A DNA stretch of 49,030 nt from a bacterium (GTDB taxonomy: Bacteria > Verrucomicrobiota > Kiritimatiellia > SPBP01): the NCBI GenBank assembly GCA_037134535.1, contig JBAXMA010000002.1:1-49030 (forward strand), read 5' to 3'. The notes beneath the pieces were generated by a model. That model made no database searches. It was given only the letters and a program-made list of their open reading frames with translations, and was not told where the DNA came from. Below, in pieces: positions 9,443-19,187 of the stretch (position 1 is the stretch's first letter; each line of letters opens with the position of its first letter). The position numbers were made by a program, and so were the translations under genes.

Positions 9443-10876
9443 GTGTCTGAGAAACCTGATTTGACAAGACCGGTTCTGCCAGCGGGCTGCAAGGATGAAG
9501 AGGAGGCGAAGGCGCACTCCTGTTCTCTGTCCGTAAGGGAAGGAATGGCGTGGTCGGTAATGTGGGGCTTTGGCGAGAGCTATGTGTCTCCTTTTGCTAT
9601 TGCCCTTTCAGCCGGCAACTTCGCCATGGCCCTGCTAGGCACTATTCCGCCTGTATTCGCCGCTTTTGCCCAGATGGCCGGTGCGTCCATCACTGAACGC
9701 CTTTCGCGCAGGAAGCCCTATCTTGTCGCATGCACCCTCATACATTCGCTCTCATACCTGCCGTTGTTCATCATTCCATACCTGTGCCCGAGCATTGCTG
9801 TGCCGGCAGTCATCGCCATCTTCACGCTTATGATAGCCTTTCCTAATATGGGCATTCCCGCCTGGGTGAGTCTTATGGGTGACATAGTTCCCGCTGAAAC
9901 CCGCGGCAGCTATTTTGGCAAAAGACAGGGCCTCTCAATTATGGCCATGGTTTTGTCCATGAATGTAGCGGCTTTCGTGCTCTACGAGTTTAAGCACTAT
10001 GAGATGATCTGGGTGGGCTTCGGCATTATGTTTACAATTGCCCTGCTGGCAAGGGGCCTCAGCGCGTGGTTGATGAGCCGGCAGTATGAACCCGCTTGCC
10101 AGCCTGCAGAACACACCCGTTTCTCCCTGTTTGATTTCATCATTGGAATTCGCAAGTCCAACTTTGCCAGATTCACGTTTGCGATGGCCGTGTTGAACGG
10201 GGCAACCAGCGTGGCAGGTCCTTTCGTCAGCCTTTACATGCTCAGGGACTTGAATTGGACATATATGCAGTTCGCGGTGAACGTATCAGTATTTCTCGGA
10301 ACGCAGGCTCTTGTCATGCCGTGGTGGGGAAGAATTTGCGATAAGCATGGAACGCGAGTGGTGATCATGTCTACCAGCGTGATGTTGCCACTGCTGCCGT
10401 TTATCTGGGTGGTGACGAATAATTTCTATATACTGACGGCGCTACAGATCGTTGCGGGCGTGGCATGGGCAGGATTTGCCATCGCCGGATCAAACTTCAT
10501 GTATGATGCTGTTCCGTCACAGAAGCGTCCGCGTGCGTTCAGCTACTTCACGCTTGTCAGCAGTGTTTTTGGTATGGTCGGGGGGGCGGTTATTGGAGCC
10601 CGCCTTGCTGAATACCTGCCCGCAACTTACGATTTTGGCTTGTTTCACGTGGCATTTGTGTCGTCTCTTCCTGCGGTATTTGTCGTTTCAGCGGCGTTGA
10701 GGGCGCTTGCGGGCATCCTCTTCCTGCCGCTCTACAGGGAGGTGAGACCGGTTGAAGCGATTTCAAAGAGGGGTCTTCTCCTGCGGGTCACCATGGGGGA
10801 ACCACTTGTCGGCTCGTTAGGCGAGGTCCTTGCTTTTGTATCCGCTCCGCTGCGCCGAAAAGACACTGACGTATGA
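9443..10876 (+). CDS. MFS-type transporter
   Basis: 477 aa with about 12 hydrophobic segments and a two-halves organisation. GTG start. Confidence 0.65.
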   Translation: MSEKPDLTRPVLPAGCKDEEEAKAHSCSLSVREGMAWSVMWGFGESYVSPFAIALSAGNFAMALLGTIPPVFAAFAQMAGASITERLSRRKPYLVACTLIHSLSYLPLFIIPYLCPSIAVPAVIAIFTLMIAFPNMGIPAWVSLMGDIVPAETRGSYFGKRQGLSIMAMVLSMNVAAFVLYEFKHYEMIWVGFGIMFTIALLARGLSAWLMSRQYEPACQPAEHTRFSLFDFIIGIRKSNFARFTFAMAVLNGATSVAGPFVSLYMLRDLNWTYMQFAVNVSVFLGTQALVMPWWGRICDKHGTRVVIMSTSVMLPLLPFIWVVTNNFYILTALQIVAGVAWAGFAIAGSNFMYDAVPSQKRPRAFSYFTLVSSVFGMVGGAVIGARLAEYLPATYDFGLFHVAFVSSLPAVFVVSAALRALAGILFLPLYREVRPVEAISKRGLLLRVTMGEPLVGSLGEVLAFVSAPLRRKDTDV

Positions 10877-11148
10877 CGACCGATGCCATAAATAGAGAGC
10901 TGCACCGTGACGAGGAGCGTGGAGGGTGTTTCCCACTTGAACTGCTGTTCTGGCGGGCGTAGTCTGCGAGTCGATTCAGGTGCAAGACGCAGGCAGTAAC
11001 GGGGGCAGGAGCCTATTGCCACATCAAGCGCAGAGCAGCAATAGCCGTCTATAATGCCTCAGCTGCTTCTGATAATTTGACAATATTTTCGCTCTCATTG
11101 AACGGCGTCTTGAAGCATCCCGTAGTAAGAGAGTAAGAAGGCGTCCTT

Positions 11149-12651
11149 ATGAAGATTGCCCCCATTCCTGCCGCAGCCTTATTGCTCTTGGTGTTTACCA
11201 CTCCGGCTTCGGCAACAGTCCGGCTGCCTGATGTGTTGGGAGATCGCATGGTCCTCCAGCAGCAGGCGGACGTGTCACTTTGGGGATGGGCTTTTGCGGG
11301 CGAGACGGTCCTGGTTGAGACCTCGTGGGGAGTCAAGACCAGGGGCGTAGCCAATGTCAGGGGCGAGTGGTCTGTAAAGGTCAGAACACCTGCAGCGCAA
11401 TCGTTGACGAAGGGTCTGCGTCCGGAACATATCACGTTTACGGTGCTCAATGAAAATGCGGTGCAGATCAAGGATATCCTGATCGGCGAAGTGTGGCTGT
11501 GCTCCGGCCAGTCCAATATGGAAATGGTTTTGCGCCCGGGCTACCCCCCGGGCTGGTGCGCCTGGTTCGGCGAGGCTTCGTGGGATGAGGAATCCAGAAA
11601 AGCGGAGCGGACGGGATTGCGTCTGTTCAATGTAACCAGAGCAGTGGCTGCGACACCGCAAGCGGACTGTACGAGCACGCTCCCAGGTCATGGTTTGCAG
11701 CCTGCGGATGCCAGCGGCCTGATTCCTGCATCGAAGCGCGGCTGGCAGACTTGCACCAGCGAAGCGCGTCCTTGTTTTCCGGCAGTGCCTTACTATTTCG
11801 GATCAGCGCTGCAGGACAAGCTCGACGTGCCGGTTGGTTTGGTGGCCGCGAATGTTGGTGGCACACCAATCGAATGCTGGATGAGCCTCGACACTCTCCA
11901 CTCCGTTGCGGGCTATTCAAATGTGACAATAACAGCGCTTAATCCATTTGCGGGGAGTCCATCCAGCCTGTTCAATGGCATGATAGCCCCGCTGGTTCCG
12001 ATGAAAATTCAGGGAGTCATCTGGTATCAGGGCGAGAGTAATGTCGGCAATCCAATTCCCTATGCAGCGCTATTTCAGGCATTGATCGCAGACTGGCGCA
12101 AGGCGTTTGATTGTGTGGATATGCCGTTCTACTTCGTACAGATCGCACCATACCGCTACGGCCGCGGCACGAAGCCAGCAGAGCTCCGGGAGGCGCAGGC
12201 TGCGGCCCTCCAGCTGAAGAACACAGGTATGGCTTTAACGATTGATGTCAGCGATGTGAGTAATATTCACCCGAAGAACAAGAAGGATGTCGGCAACCGC
12301 CTTGCTTTGCAGGCGCTGGCAAAGACTTATGGACACAGGGAAATTGCCGCCGACGGACCGATGCCCGAATCACTTACTGCGGGAAGCGGCAAACTTCGAG
12401 TCGTCTTTCAAGAGGTGGGTGGTGGTCTGGTTGCCAGGGATGGGAAACCTCTGACATGTTTTGAGATAGCGGGAGAGAACGGTTCTTTTGTTGCGGCAGA
12501 AGCTGTAATTGAAGGGCGGACGGTTGTGGTCTTCAGTACAGCAGTAGCGCAGCCCAAGGCTGTGCGTTTTGCGTGGGGCGAAGCCGCCGTGCCGAATCTA
12601 ACAAGCGGCAACGGGATGCCAGTTGCCCAATTCAGGATGACGCTGAAATGA
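11149..12651 (+). CDS. Sialate O-acetylesterase family (SASA) carbohydrate esterase, secreted
   Basis: Signal peptide MKIAPIPAAALLLLVFTTPASA. N-terminal LPDVLGDRMVLQQ...WGWA module. Catalytic motifs GEVWLCSGQSNME and VIWYQGESN. Confidence 0.85.
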   Translation: MKIAPIPAAALLLLVFTTPASATVRLPDVLGDRMVLQQQADVSLWGWAFAGETVLVETSWGVKTRGVANVRGEWSVKVRTPAAQSLTKGLRPEHITFTVLNENAVQIKDILIGEVWLCSGQSNMEMVLRPGYPPGWCAWFGEASWDEESRKAERTGLRLFNVTRAVAATPQADCTSTLPGHGLQPADASGLIPASKRGWQTCTSEARPCFPAVPYYFGSALQDKLDVPVGLVAANVGGTPIECWMSLDTLHSVAGYSNVTITALNPFAGSPSSLFNGMIAPLVPMKIQGVIWYQGESNVGNPIPYAALFQALIADWRKAFDCVDMPFYFVQIAPYRYGRGTKPAELREAQAAALQLKNTGMALTIDVSDVSNIHPKNKKDVGNRLALQALAKTYGHREIAADGPMPESLTAGSGKLRVVFQEVGGGLVARDGKPLTCFEIAGENGSFVAAEAVIEGRTVVVFSTAVAQPKAVRFAWGEAAVPNLTSGNGMPVAQFRMTLK

Positions 12652-12733
12652 AGAGCATCATCAGGCTGCCGCTGTATCCGACATGGCGGCGATTGCAGTG
12701 CCATGTGGTTCAGTGACTTTTCGATGTATGCTG

Positions 12734-13618
12734 TTACTCGGCCTTGGGCTCCGGCTTGGCTTGAGCTTTGAACCTGGCTTTGAAGGCGTTCATCTTCGTC
12801 TGGATCGCAGACCATTGTTTCATAAACGTTTCAGCCATGATTGCGTGACCGGTGCCGTTGGGGTGGATCGCATCGCCGCCATGCGTTTCCTTTATCCTGG
12901 CAAGCATCGGCGTGCGAATGTCAACAACACTAACCCCTTCGCGTTTGTCCAGTGTGAGTAACCATTTGGCATAGACTGCCAGGACCTCGTCGTAATATGG
13001 ATATGCGGACCGGTAACCGAACTTTTTTGGATCTTTCTTCGCCTCTTCCTCTGCTTTTGCATTGGCTTCGGCCAGCAACGTCTCGCGCTGTGCGGGCGTC
13101 GTGCCGGCCGGAAAGGCAGGACCCTGGGCTGCAAACGGCGGGGGCGTGATCAGGATAACGTGAGTGCCGACGGCATTGAATTCCTTGATCAGCCTTTCGA
13201 TGCCGGACTTATAGGCGTCAAAGCGCTCCTTGTTGAACGGGTGATAGATGCCATCATTGATACCATAGCATGCAATTGCAAGATCGGGCTTTTCGGCAAC
13301 CACGGTACCGAGCCATCCCAGTATGCACGGTCGGCGGCCGGGATGATAGGCCTCGCTAAGGTTTGAGATGGTCTCGCTCATGTGACCGAAATTGTGAACT
13401 ACCGGCGGGTAATCCGGGGTGAGCCTGTTCAGCGCGCCCTGGATGTTCCTCACATATCCGCCCGCCTTGGTGATGCTGTCGCCAAAGAAGATGATCTGCT
13501 GCCGGTATGGCGCAGGCGCACTTTGTGCCGGTTCTGCAGCTGTCATGGAACCGGACAAGCAGAGCCCGGAAATAGAAACAATCGTCACAACATAGAGATC
13601 ATGCAGCAGTGTTTTCAT
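12734..13618 (-). CDS. SGNH/GDSL-family esterase, secreted
   Basis: Block I FFGDSITKAGG, block III CYGINDG, block V DAIHPNGTGH. The start is placed at ATG 13618 (MKTLLHDL...), which is preceded by GGAGGACAA. Confidence 0.8.
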   Translation of the reverse strand: MKTLLHDLYVVTIVSISGLCLSGSMTAAEPAQSAPAPYRQQIIFFGDSITKAGGYVRNIQGALNRLTPDYPPVVHNFGHMSETISNLSEAYHPGRRPCILGWLGTVVAEKPDLAIACYGINDGIYHPFNKERFDAYKSGIERLIKEFNAVGTHVILITPPPFAAQGPAFPAGTTPAQRETLLAEANAKAEEEAKKDPKKFGYRSAYPYYDEVLAVYAKWLLTLDKREGVSVVDIRTPMLARIKETHGGDAIHPNGTGHAIMAETFMKQWSAIQTKMNAFKARFKAQAKPEPKAE

Positions 13619-13818
13619 TTGTCCTCCAGTTAAGATCAGCCGGATCATAGCCCTTTGCAGAGAGAAGACAAGACAGAAGGTCTGGGAAACTACAAGTGCT
13701 GACACAAATGCCGAAACTACGTTGCGGGTGTAGAAAGTCTATGGTAGTCTGATGTGGCATTATGAGGTGTTTCTGTCGATAATGCCACAGGAAGTGTTTG
13801 TATGAACCGGGGGTGTGC

Positions 13819-15543
13819 ATGGCCGGCAAAAGAGGCTCGAGTAATACGATATCAGACATCCTTCTTCGGCGCGGGTCGATAACTCCCGAGGAGATGCAAA
13901 AGGCTGCAGACGCCGTAAGGGAATCCGGTGCCAGACTCGAGCGATATCTTGTTGAGAAAGGTCTTGTTTCGCCTACTGACATGACTCTTGCCATATCGGA
14001 GTATCTCAGGATGCCGCCCATCAACCTTGCGCATTTCACGCCGAGTACGCAATTGGTGGAGAAGATCGGACGCGATGTGCTTGCCAGGCATCTTGCGCTG
14101 CCTCTTGCGCAGACGGGTAAGAATCTCACTCTTGCTCTTGGTGATCCTTTTAATATAACGGCAGTGGATGAAATCCAGCTCATCACCGGATACGACATAA
14201 CCCCGCTTGTCGCTGCGGAGAAAGAAATTGCTGATGTGTATGAGCGCTTCTTTCCGGAGGGTGCCGAGGGTGCAAAGATGGAGGACCTGCTGAAAGAGGC
14301 AGATGCAGATCTCGAAATCGGGCAGGAGCAGATCGAAGACGATGACAAGGGCAGCATCGATATGGATGGGCTTGATGCCGCGCCGGTTGTGCGCATGGTC
14401 AATGCCATTCTTCTTGAATCACTAAGATCGGGTGCGAGCGATATACATCTTGAGCCGCAGGAGAAAACTTTCCGGCTGAGATACCGGATAGATGGATCCC
14501 TGATGGAATCTCCGAGTCCGCCGAAGAACCTGCAGAGCGCAGTGCTTTCGCGCATGAAGATCATGTCAGGTATGGATATTGCGGAAAGGCGTATTCCGCA
14601 GGACGGGCGTATCAAAATCCGTACGCTTGGCAAGGAAGTTGATCTTCGAGTCAATACGCTGCCGACAATCTTTGGCGAGAAGGTAGTCATGCGCATACTG
14701 GATAAGAGTGCGCTGTTTCCGAGTCTTGCAGCACTTGGCCTTGACGAGCAGGCTTACAAGGTAATGAAATACGGCATTTCCCAGCCATATGGAATCATCT
14801 ATGTCACCGGGCCGACTGGAAGTGGTAAGACCACGACGCTTTATTCATGTCTGGCGGAAATGAATAAGCCGGATGTAAATATTATGACTTGTGAAGATCC
14901 GGTGGAGTACCAGTTGCAGGGTATTAACCAGGTCCAGATCAATTCTTTCGTGGGACTTACGTTTGCAGCCGCGCTGCGATCAGTGCTGCGACAGAGTCCG
15001 GATGTTATACTGGTGGGTGAGACGCGCGATTCTGAAACCGCCGACATAGCGATCAAGGCGGCACTGACCGGGCATCTTGTGATGAGCACGCTCCATACAA
15101 ACGATGCCCCCGGCGCTATTACCCGGTTGATAGACATGGGGGTGGAGCCATCTCTCATTGCTTCTGCGCTGATCATGGCTCAGGCACAAAGACTTGTCCG
15201 CAAGCTTTGTCAGGCATGCAGGAAAGAACTCCCTGCACTTCCTCTGGAAGTGCTGCGTAGTTATGGTATCGATCCTGCGGTATTCGAGGGCAAGACTCTC
15301 TATCAGGCAGGAGGGTGCTCGCGGTGCCACAATACGGGATACAAAGGCCGTATTGCTATCATGGAAGTAATGGCGATCAACAAGGAGTTGCGCAGGGATA
15401 TTTTGCGCGGTGTTAGTTCGAAGGAAATTGCCAACAAGGCGAAGGCTCAAGGAATGATGACACTGAAAGAAATCGGGCTCGCAAAGGCGAGAGATGGAAT
15501 AACGAGTCTTGAGGGTGCGTTGGAAGTCACGGGCGGGGAGTGA
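13819..15543 (+). CDS. GspE/PilB-family secretion/pilus assembly ATPase, paralog 1 (full length with T2SSE_N-type N-domain)
   Basis: Walker A GPTGSGKTTT, Asp box CEDPVEYQLQGINQVQI, Walker B PDVILVGETRD, His box TGHLVMSTLHTND, and tetra-Cys motif CQAC...CSRCHNTGYKGR. ATG 13819 is preferred over TTG 13798. Confidence 0.9.
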   Translation: MAGKRGSSNTISDILLRRGSITPEEMQKAADAVRESGARLERYLVEKGLVSPTDMTLAISEYLRMPPINLAHFTPSTQLVEKIGRDVLARHLALPLAQTGKNLTLALGDPFNITAVDEIQLITGYDITPLVAAEKEIADVYERFFPEGAEGAKMEDLLKEADADLEIGQEQIEDDDKGSIDMDGLDAAPVVRMVNAILLESLRSGASDIHLEPQEKTFRLRYRIDGSLMESPSPPKNLQSAVLSRMKIMSGMDIAERRIPQDGRIKIRTLGKEVDLRVNTLPTIFGEKVVMRILDKSALFPSLAALGLDEQAYKVMKYGISQPYGIIYVTGPTGSGKTTTLYSCLAEMNKPDVNIMTCEDPVEYQLQGINQVQINSFVGLTFAAALRSVLRQSPDVILVGETRDSETADIAIKAALTGHLVMSTLHTNDAPGAITRLIDMGVEPSLIASALIMAQAQRLVRKLCQACRKELPALPLEVLRSYGIDPAVFEGKTLYQAGGCSRCHNTGYKGRIAIMEVMAINKELRRDILRGVSSKEIANKAKAQGMMTLKEIGLAKARDGITSLEGALEVTGGE

Positions 15544-15549
15544 AGACAG

Positions 15550-17280
15550 ATGGCGGCCAAGAAAGCACAGGCAGCGGGAAAGCTCTCGGATATTCTCGTC
15601 GAATGCAAGTACATTGATGCCGTTACGCTGAGAAAGGCAGAGGAAGAGGCCATTGCTGCCGGAATGGCTCTCGAAATGTATCTTGTTGAGAAGAAGCTTG
15701 TCCCGGCAACAAGCGTAGCGCTGTCGGTTGCCTTATACCTCCAGATGCAGCCGATATCCCTGGCGCATTTCACACCTGATGCCGAAACAATGGGGTTGGT
15801 TCCGGGTGAGTCAATGGCGAAACATCAGCTCATCCCTCTGGCTAGAATCGGCAAGACTCTCACTGTGGCGATGGGTGATCCATTTGACATTGTGGCAATT
15901 GAAGACCTTCACAGGATGACGGGTCTGGACATTACGCCTCTGGTAGCTCTTGACTCAGAAATTGAGAAGATTTTAGCCAAGATCAAGGCGGATGGTGCCA
16001 AAGGGCTGGACATTGAAGACATAATGAAGTCGGCTGAAGATGAACTGCAAGTGGGTGGATCGCGCGAAGAGGCAGATAGTCCAAATGTCGACGCCATGAA
16101 AGATAGTGCCGGGGAGGGTCCGGTAATACGAATGGTCAATACAATCCTTCTCGAGTCGGTCCGGCTCAAGGCCAATGACATTCACATTGAGCCTCAGGAG
16201 GACTATGTGAGGCTGCGTTATCGGGTTGATGGGGTGCTCATAGAACGCCCTAATCTTCCCAAGGCTCTGCAGAACGCCATTATCTCCCGAGTGAAGATTA
16301 TGTCAGACCTTGATATAGGCGAGCACCGAATTCCGCAGGATGGCCGGTTCAGAATCAAGGCCCTTGGCAAAGCAATTGACGTGCGCGTCAGTGTCCTGCC
16401 AACGCTTTTCGGCGGTCGAATTGTAATGAGAACTCTGGACAAGACCGGACTGTTTCCGAATCTGGCAGCGCTGGGACTGGCGAAGCAGGCGTATGATGCA
16501 CTCAGTTACGCAATTGTACAGCCTCATGGAATCATACTCGTCTCAGGCCCCACTGGCAGTGGTAAGACAACGACCCTTTACTCATGCCTGCAGGAGCTCA
16601 ATAAGATGGATGTGAATCTGGTGACTTGCGAGGACCCGGTGGAGTATCAGATAGCGGGTATCATTCAGGTTAAGATCAGTCCTGACGTCGGCTGTACGTT
16701 TGCAGCCGCACTTCGAGCAATTCTGAGACAAGATCCCGACATTATTCTCATTGGTGAGATTCGTGACGGAGAAACTTCGGAGATTGCAATTAAGGCAGCA
16801 TTGACTGGACATCTTGTTCTTAGCACTCTGCATGCAAACGATGCGGCGAGTACGATAACCCGTCTTCTTGACATGGGAACAGAGCCATTCTTGCTTGCCT
16901 CCTCAGTGATTCTGGCTCAGGCACAGCGCCTCTATCGCCGTCTTTGTCCGGTTTGTAGAAGAGAAGGCAGTTTGCCATTGAGCGTTCTCAAGGAAAATGG
17001 AGTCGATCCGGTCTTCTTTGAGGGACGCAAGATATTTGAGCCGGTTGGTTGCCCTAAATGTAATAACACTGGGTTCAAGGGGCGTGGAGCGATAATGGAG
17101 GTTCTTCCTGTTGATGAGCATGTTCGAGCCGCGATAGTACGTCAAGAAGTTGCTGACGAGATCCGAGATCAGGCAGAAATAAGAGGAATGATGACCCTGC
17201 GCAAGGCGGGACTATTGAAGGTTGCTGAAGGTGATACGAATCTTGAAACCATACTGAAAGTTACCGGTGGCGGGTCATAG
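15550..17280 (+). CDS. GspE/PilB-family secretion/pilus assembly ATPase, paralog 2 (full length)
   Basis: Motifs GPTGSGKTTT, CEDPVEYQIAGIIQVKI, PDIILIGEIRD, TGHLVLSTLHAND and CPVC...CPKCNNTGFKGR. It starts 7 nt after the paralog 1 stop. Confidence 0.9.
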   Translation: MAAKKAQAAGKLSDILVECKYIDAVTLRKAEEEAIAAGMALEMYLVEKKLVPATSVALSVALYLQMQPISLAHFTPDAETMGLVPGESMAKHQLIPLARIGKTLTVAMGDPFDIVAIEDLHRMTGLDITPLVALDSEIEKILAKIKADGAKGLDIEDIMKSAEDELQVGGSREEADSPNVDAMKDSAGEGPVIRMVNTILLESVRLKANDIHIEPQEDYVRLRYRVDGVLIERPNLPKALQNAIISRVKIMSDLDIGEHRIPQDGRFRIKALGKAIDVRVSVLPTLFGGRIVMRTLDKTGLFPNLAALGLAKQAYDALSYAIVQPHGIILVSGPTGSGKTTTLYSCLQELNKMDVNLVTCEDPVEYQIAGIIQVKISPDVGCTFAAALRAILRQDPDIILIGEIRDGETSEIAIKAALTGHLVLSTLHANDAASTITRLLDMGTEPFLLASSVILAQAQRLYRRLCPVCRREGSLPLSVLKENGVDPVFFEGRKIFEPVGCPKCNNTGFKGRGAIMEVLPVDEHVRAAIVRQEVADEIRDQAEIRGMMTLRKAGLLKVAEGDTNLETILKVTGGGS

Positions 17281-17364
17281 GGGAGTAACTTGGAATGAAA
17301 ATTGCTCTACAACTCCCTTTTGTGAGTAGTTTGGCTGTTGCTTGTATGGAGGATAGGCTGTTTG

Positions 17365-18579
17365 ATGCTGATTATGAACGATAGTGCACATTTAGAGAAG
17401 GAAGTCGATGTAACGGAGAAATTCTCGCGCACGATGCGCATTGATATAGCCCCCGAGGCAAAGGCTTCGCCTGATGCTCGAGACAAGGCGCTTCGACAGT
17501 CGCTTACAAAGAGAATGGTCGTCAGAAAACCGTCCTCTGGTCCTGTCTCATCGGGAATATCCGCGGTGCTCGGGAATCGTGATTTTCAGGGACTTTTCCA
17601 AAGCGTATACGATGCGGCAATGATTGCTGATCTGGAAGGCAATATTGTGGACGCCAATGTGAGGGCCGCCAACTTCTTCCGCAACAGCATTGATGAGCTT
17701 CGCAGTTTGAGCATCCTGCAGTTGATTTCCGGGGCATCTGAAGCTGCGTTGATAGATACCATCCGTAAGAATCTAGTGGACAGGTTCATACTCATCGAAG
17801 CGTGCTATTGCGTACGCAAGGACGGGACATTCTTTCCTGCGGAAATAGCGGTTAACGAAATTCAGTTTGCAGAGCAGAATTATCTTTGTTTCTTTGTAAG
17901 GGACATAACCTGGCGCAAGGAAACTGAGGAGAAGTTGCTGGTCATAAGCAATGCCGTTGCAAATTCATACAGCGGAATTGCAATATGCGATCTTAGCGGG
18001 GTGATTCAATACGTGAATCCTGCTGTCTGCCGCATGTGGAATCATGGAGCGGAATCTGAGGTCTTAAAGAAAGATGTTCGCAGCCTATGGAAGAAGACGG
18101 ACAAAGAGGACAACCTTGAGAAGTTTTTGACAGGAGAGACGCGAGCTTTGACGAGAGAGACATCAGCCGTCAGAGCAGACGGGTCTGAATTTGATGTTCA
18201 GATAATTGCTGCCCCCAATCTTGATACTGATGGCAGAAAAGTCGGGATGGTATTCTCGTTTGAAGATATCAGCGATCGCAAGCGCATTGAGCTCGCGATG
18301 AGGGAAACTGAACGACAGCGTGTCATGCTTGAGAGCTTGGGAGCGGCATGCCATCATCTTGGCCAACCAGCGACTGTTTTGCTGGCAAACCTTGGCATCA
18401 TGGAACGGAAGATAGGCAACGGTGATTTGGGCTTGCACCAAATAGTACACTCATGCTTGCAAGCGGCGGAAACACTTTCCGAAATTCTGCACAAACTGAA
18501 CGCAATAGACGAGTATCGTACGACGCCATATCTCGAGGAAAAGTCCGGCATTGCCGGAAGTCGGATTCTGGAGATATGA
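17365..18579 (+). CDS. PAS-PAS sensor protein with a C-terminal DHp-like helical segment and no HATPase_c domain
   Basis: Two PAS-like blocks (FQSVYDAAMIADLEGNIVDAN... and ISNAVANSYSGIAICDLSGVIQYVNPA...). The C-terminal segment is ERQRVMLESLGAACHHLGQPATVLLANLGIM. The protein ends about 90 aa after the His-containing helix. The start is uncertain (TTG 17338, ATG 17365 or ATG 17374). Confidence 0.65.
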   Translation: MLIMNDSAHLEKEVDVTEKFSRTMRIDIAPEAKASPDARDKALRQSLTKRMVVRKPSSGPVSSGISAVLGNRDFQGLFQSVYDAAMIADLEGNIVDANVRAANFFRNSIDELRSLSILQLISGASEAALIDTIRKNLVDRFILIEACYCVRKDGTFFPAEIAVNEIQFAEQNYLCFFVRDITWRKETEEKLLVISNAVANSYSGIAICDLSGVIQYVNPAVCRMWNHGAESEVLKKDVRSLWKKTDKEDNLEKFLTGETRALTRETSAVRADGSEFDVQIIAAPNLDTDGRKVGMVFSFEDISDRKRIELAMRETERQRVMLESLGAACHHLGQPATVLLANLGIMERKIGNGDLGLHQIVHSCLQAAETLSEILHKLNAIDEYRTTPYLEEKSGIAGSRILEI

Positions 18580-18677
18580 GGATACTGGAACCCTTCTGGT
18601 TCCGTTCTCAGGTATCTGGTTGGGCCAATGAGACACGAATACAGCAAAAGAATGGTTTTGTGTGTGTGAGATGGACA

Positions 18678-18712
18678 AGAAAAAGGCCAGATCCAAAGGA
18701 TCTGGCCTTTTT
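18678..18712. terminator. Bidirectional rho-independent terminator between the convergent PAS and pilin genes
   Basis: Perfect 10-bp stem GGCCAGATCC / GGATCTGGCC (18685-18694 / 18698-18707) with a 3-nt loop. It is flanked by an A-tract upstream and TTTTT downstream. Confidence 0.8.
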
Positions 18713-18733
18713 GCTCAACTTACGCAATCTTCG

Positions 18734-19114
18734 TTACTTATTGCTATTCGTTGTGGAGTGCCCACCAGGGAATCCGATGATGACGCATTGTGCATCAACT
18801 CCAATAACATTCAGCGTGTAATTGGTGGGTCCCCTTCCGCCCATTATGGCTGCCGGGCAGAAGCACTTATTGGTAAGATCCTTCATGTAGAAGCAAAGAT
18901 TGTCCCATACCAATTGAGTTCCATTTGTTCCACCATAGTCGATGGCATAGTTGTCCTTGGCGCTCTCGATTAACCTGAGATTGTTCTGGCATGCGCTCTT
19001 GCGGGCGTTGTTACGTGCCTTCATGAACGCAGGGACCGCAATTGCTGCCAGCAACCCTATGATTGCCACAACGATCATGATCTCTACCAACGTGAAACCT
19101 GACTTCTTACTCAT
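18734..19114 (-). CDS. Prepilin-type N-terminal cleavage/methylation domain protein (GspG-like pseudopilin or type IV pilin)
   Basis: MSKKSGFTLVEIMIVVAIIGLLAAIAVPAF is the classical G|FTLxE prepilin leader plus hydrophobic helix. RBS GGGAGG lies upstream. Confidence 0.9.
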   Translation of the reverse strand: MSKKSGFTLVEIMIVVAIIGLLAAIAVPAFMKARNNARKSACQNNLRLIESAKDNYAIDYGGTNGTQLVWDNLCFYMKDLTNKCFCPAAIMGGRGPTNYTLNVIGVDAQCVIIGFPGGHSTTNSNK

Positions 19115-19171
19115 CTCTGCCTCCCTTTCCTTAATGTTGCTTGCTGCCTAACCCGCGACTGCGTTAAGTAT

Positions 19172-19187
19172 AGCAGATTATGTGCCA
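19172..19187 (-). promoter_or_regulatory. Candidate sigma-54 -24/-12 element (TGGCAC-N5-CTGC) upstream of the pilin gene; overlaps a possible extended -10 (TGCTATACT)
   Basis: The minus strand reads GTTCTTGGCACATAATCTGCTATACTT. GG and GC are spaced as in the TGGCAC-N5-TTGC consensus, and the pilin ATG lies about 60 nt downstream. The same bases match the sigma-70 extended -10 TGnTATAAT at 8 of 9 positions. Confidence 0.4.

Noticed and set aside
11040-11148. Sigma-70 promoter for the second SASA gene (TTGACA at about 11078, TATAAT at about 11050)
   Set aside because: The two hexamers are in the wrong order and spacing relative to each other, and neither has a properly spaced partner element.
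12652-12733. Terminator hairpin between the convergent SASA and GDSL genes (GCCGC...GCGGC)
   Set aside because: The stem is only 5-6 bp with a 13-nt loop and no T-tract, which is too weak to call.
13599-14696. 365-aa ORF on the minus strand
   Set aside because: It is entirely antisense to the strongly supported GspE paralog 1. The translation is S/R/C-rich low complexity with no motifs, which is typical of a shadow ORF.
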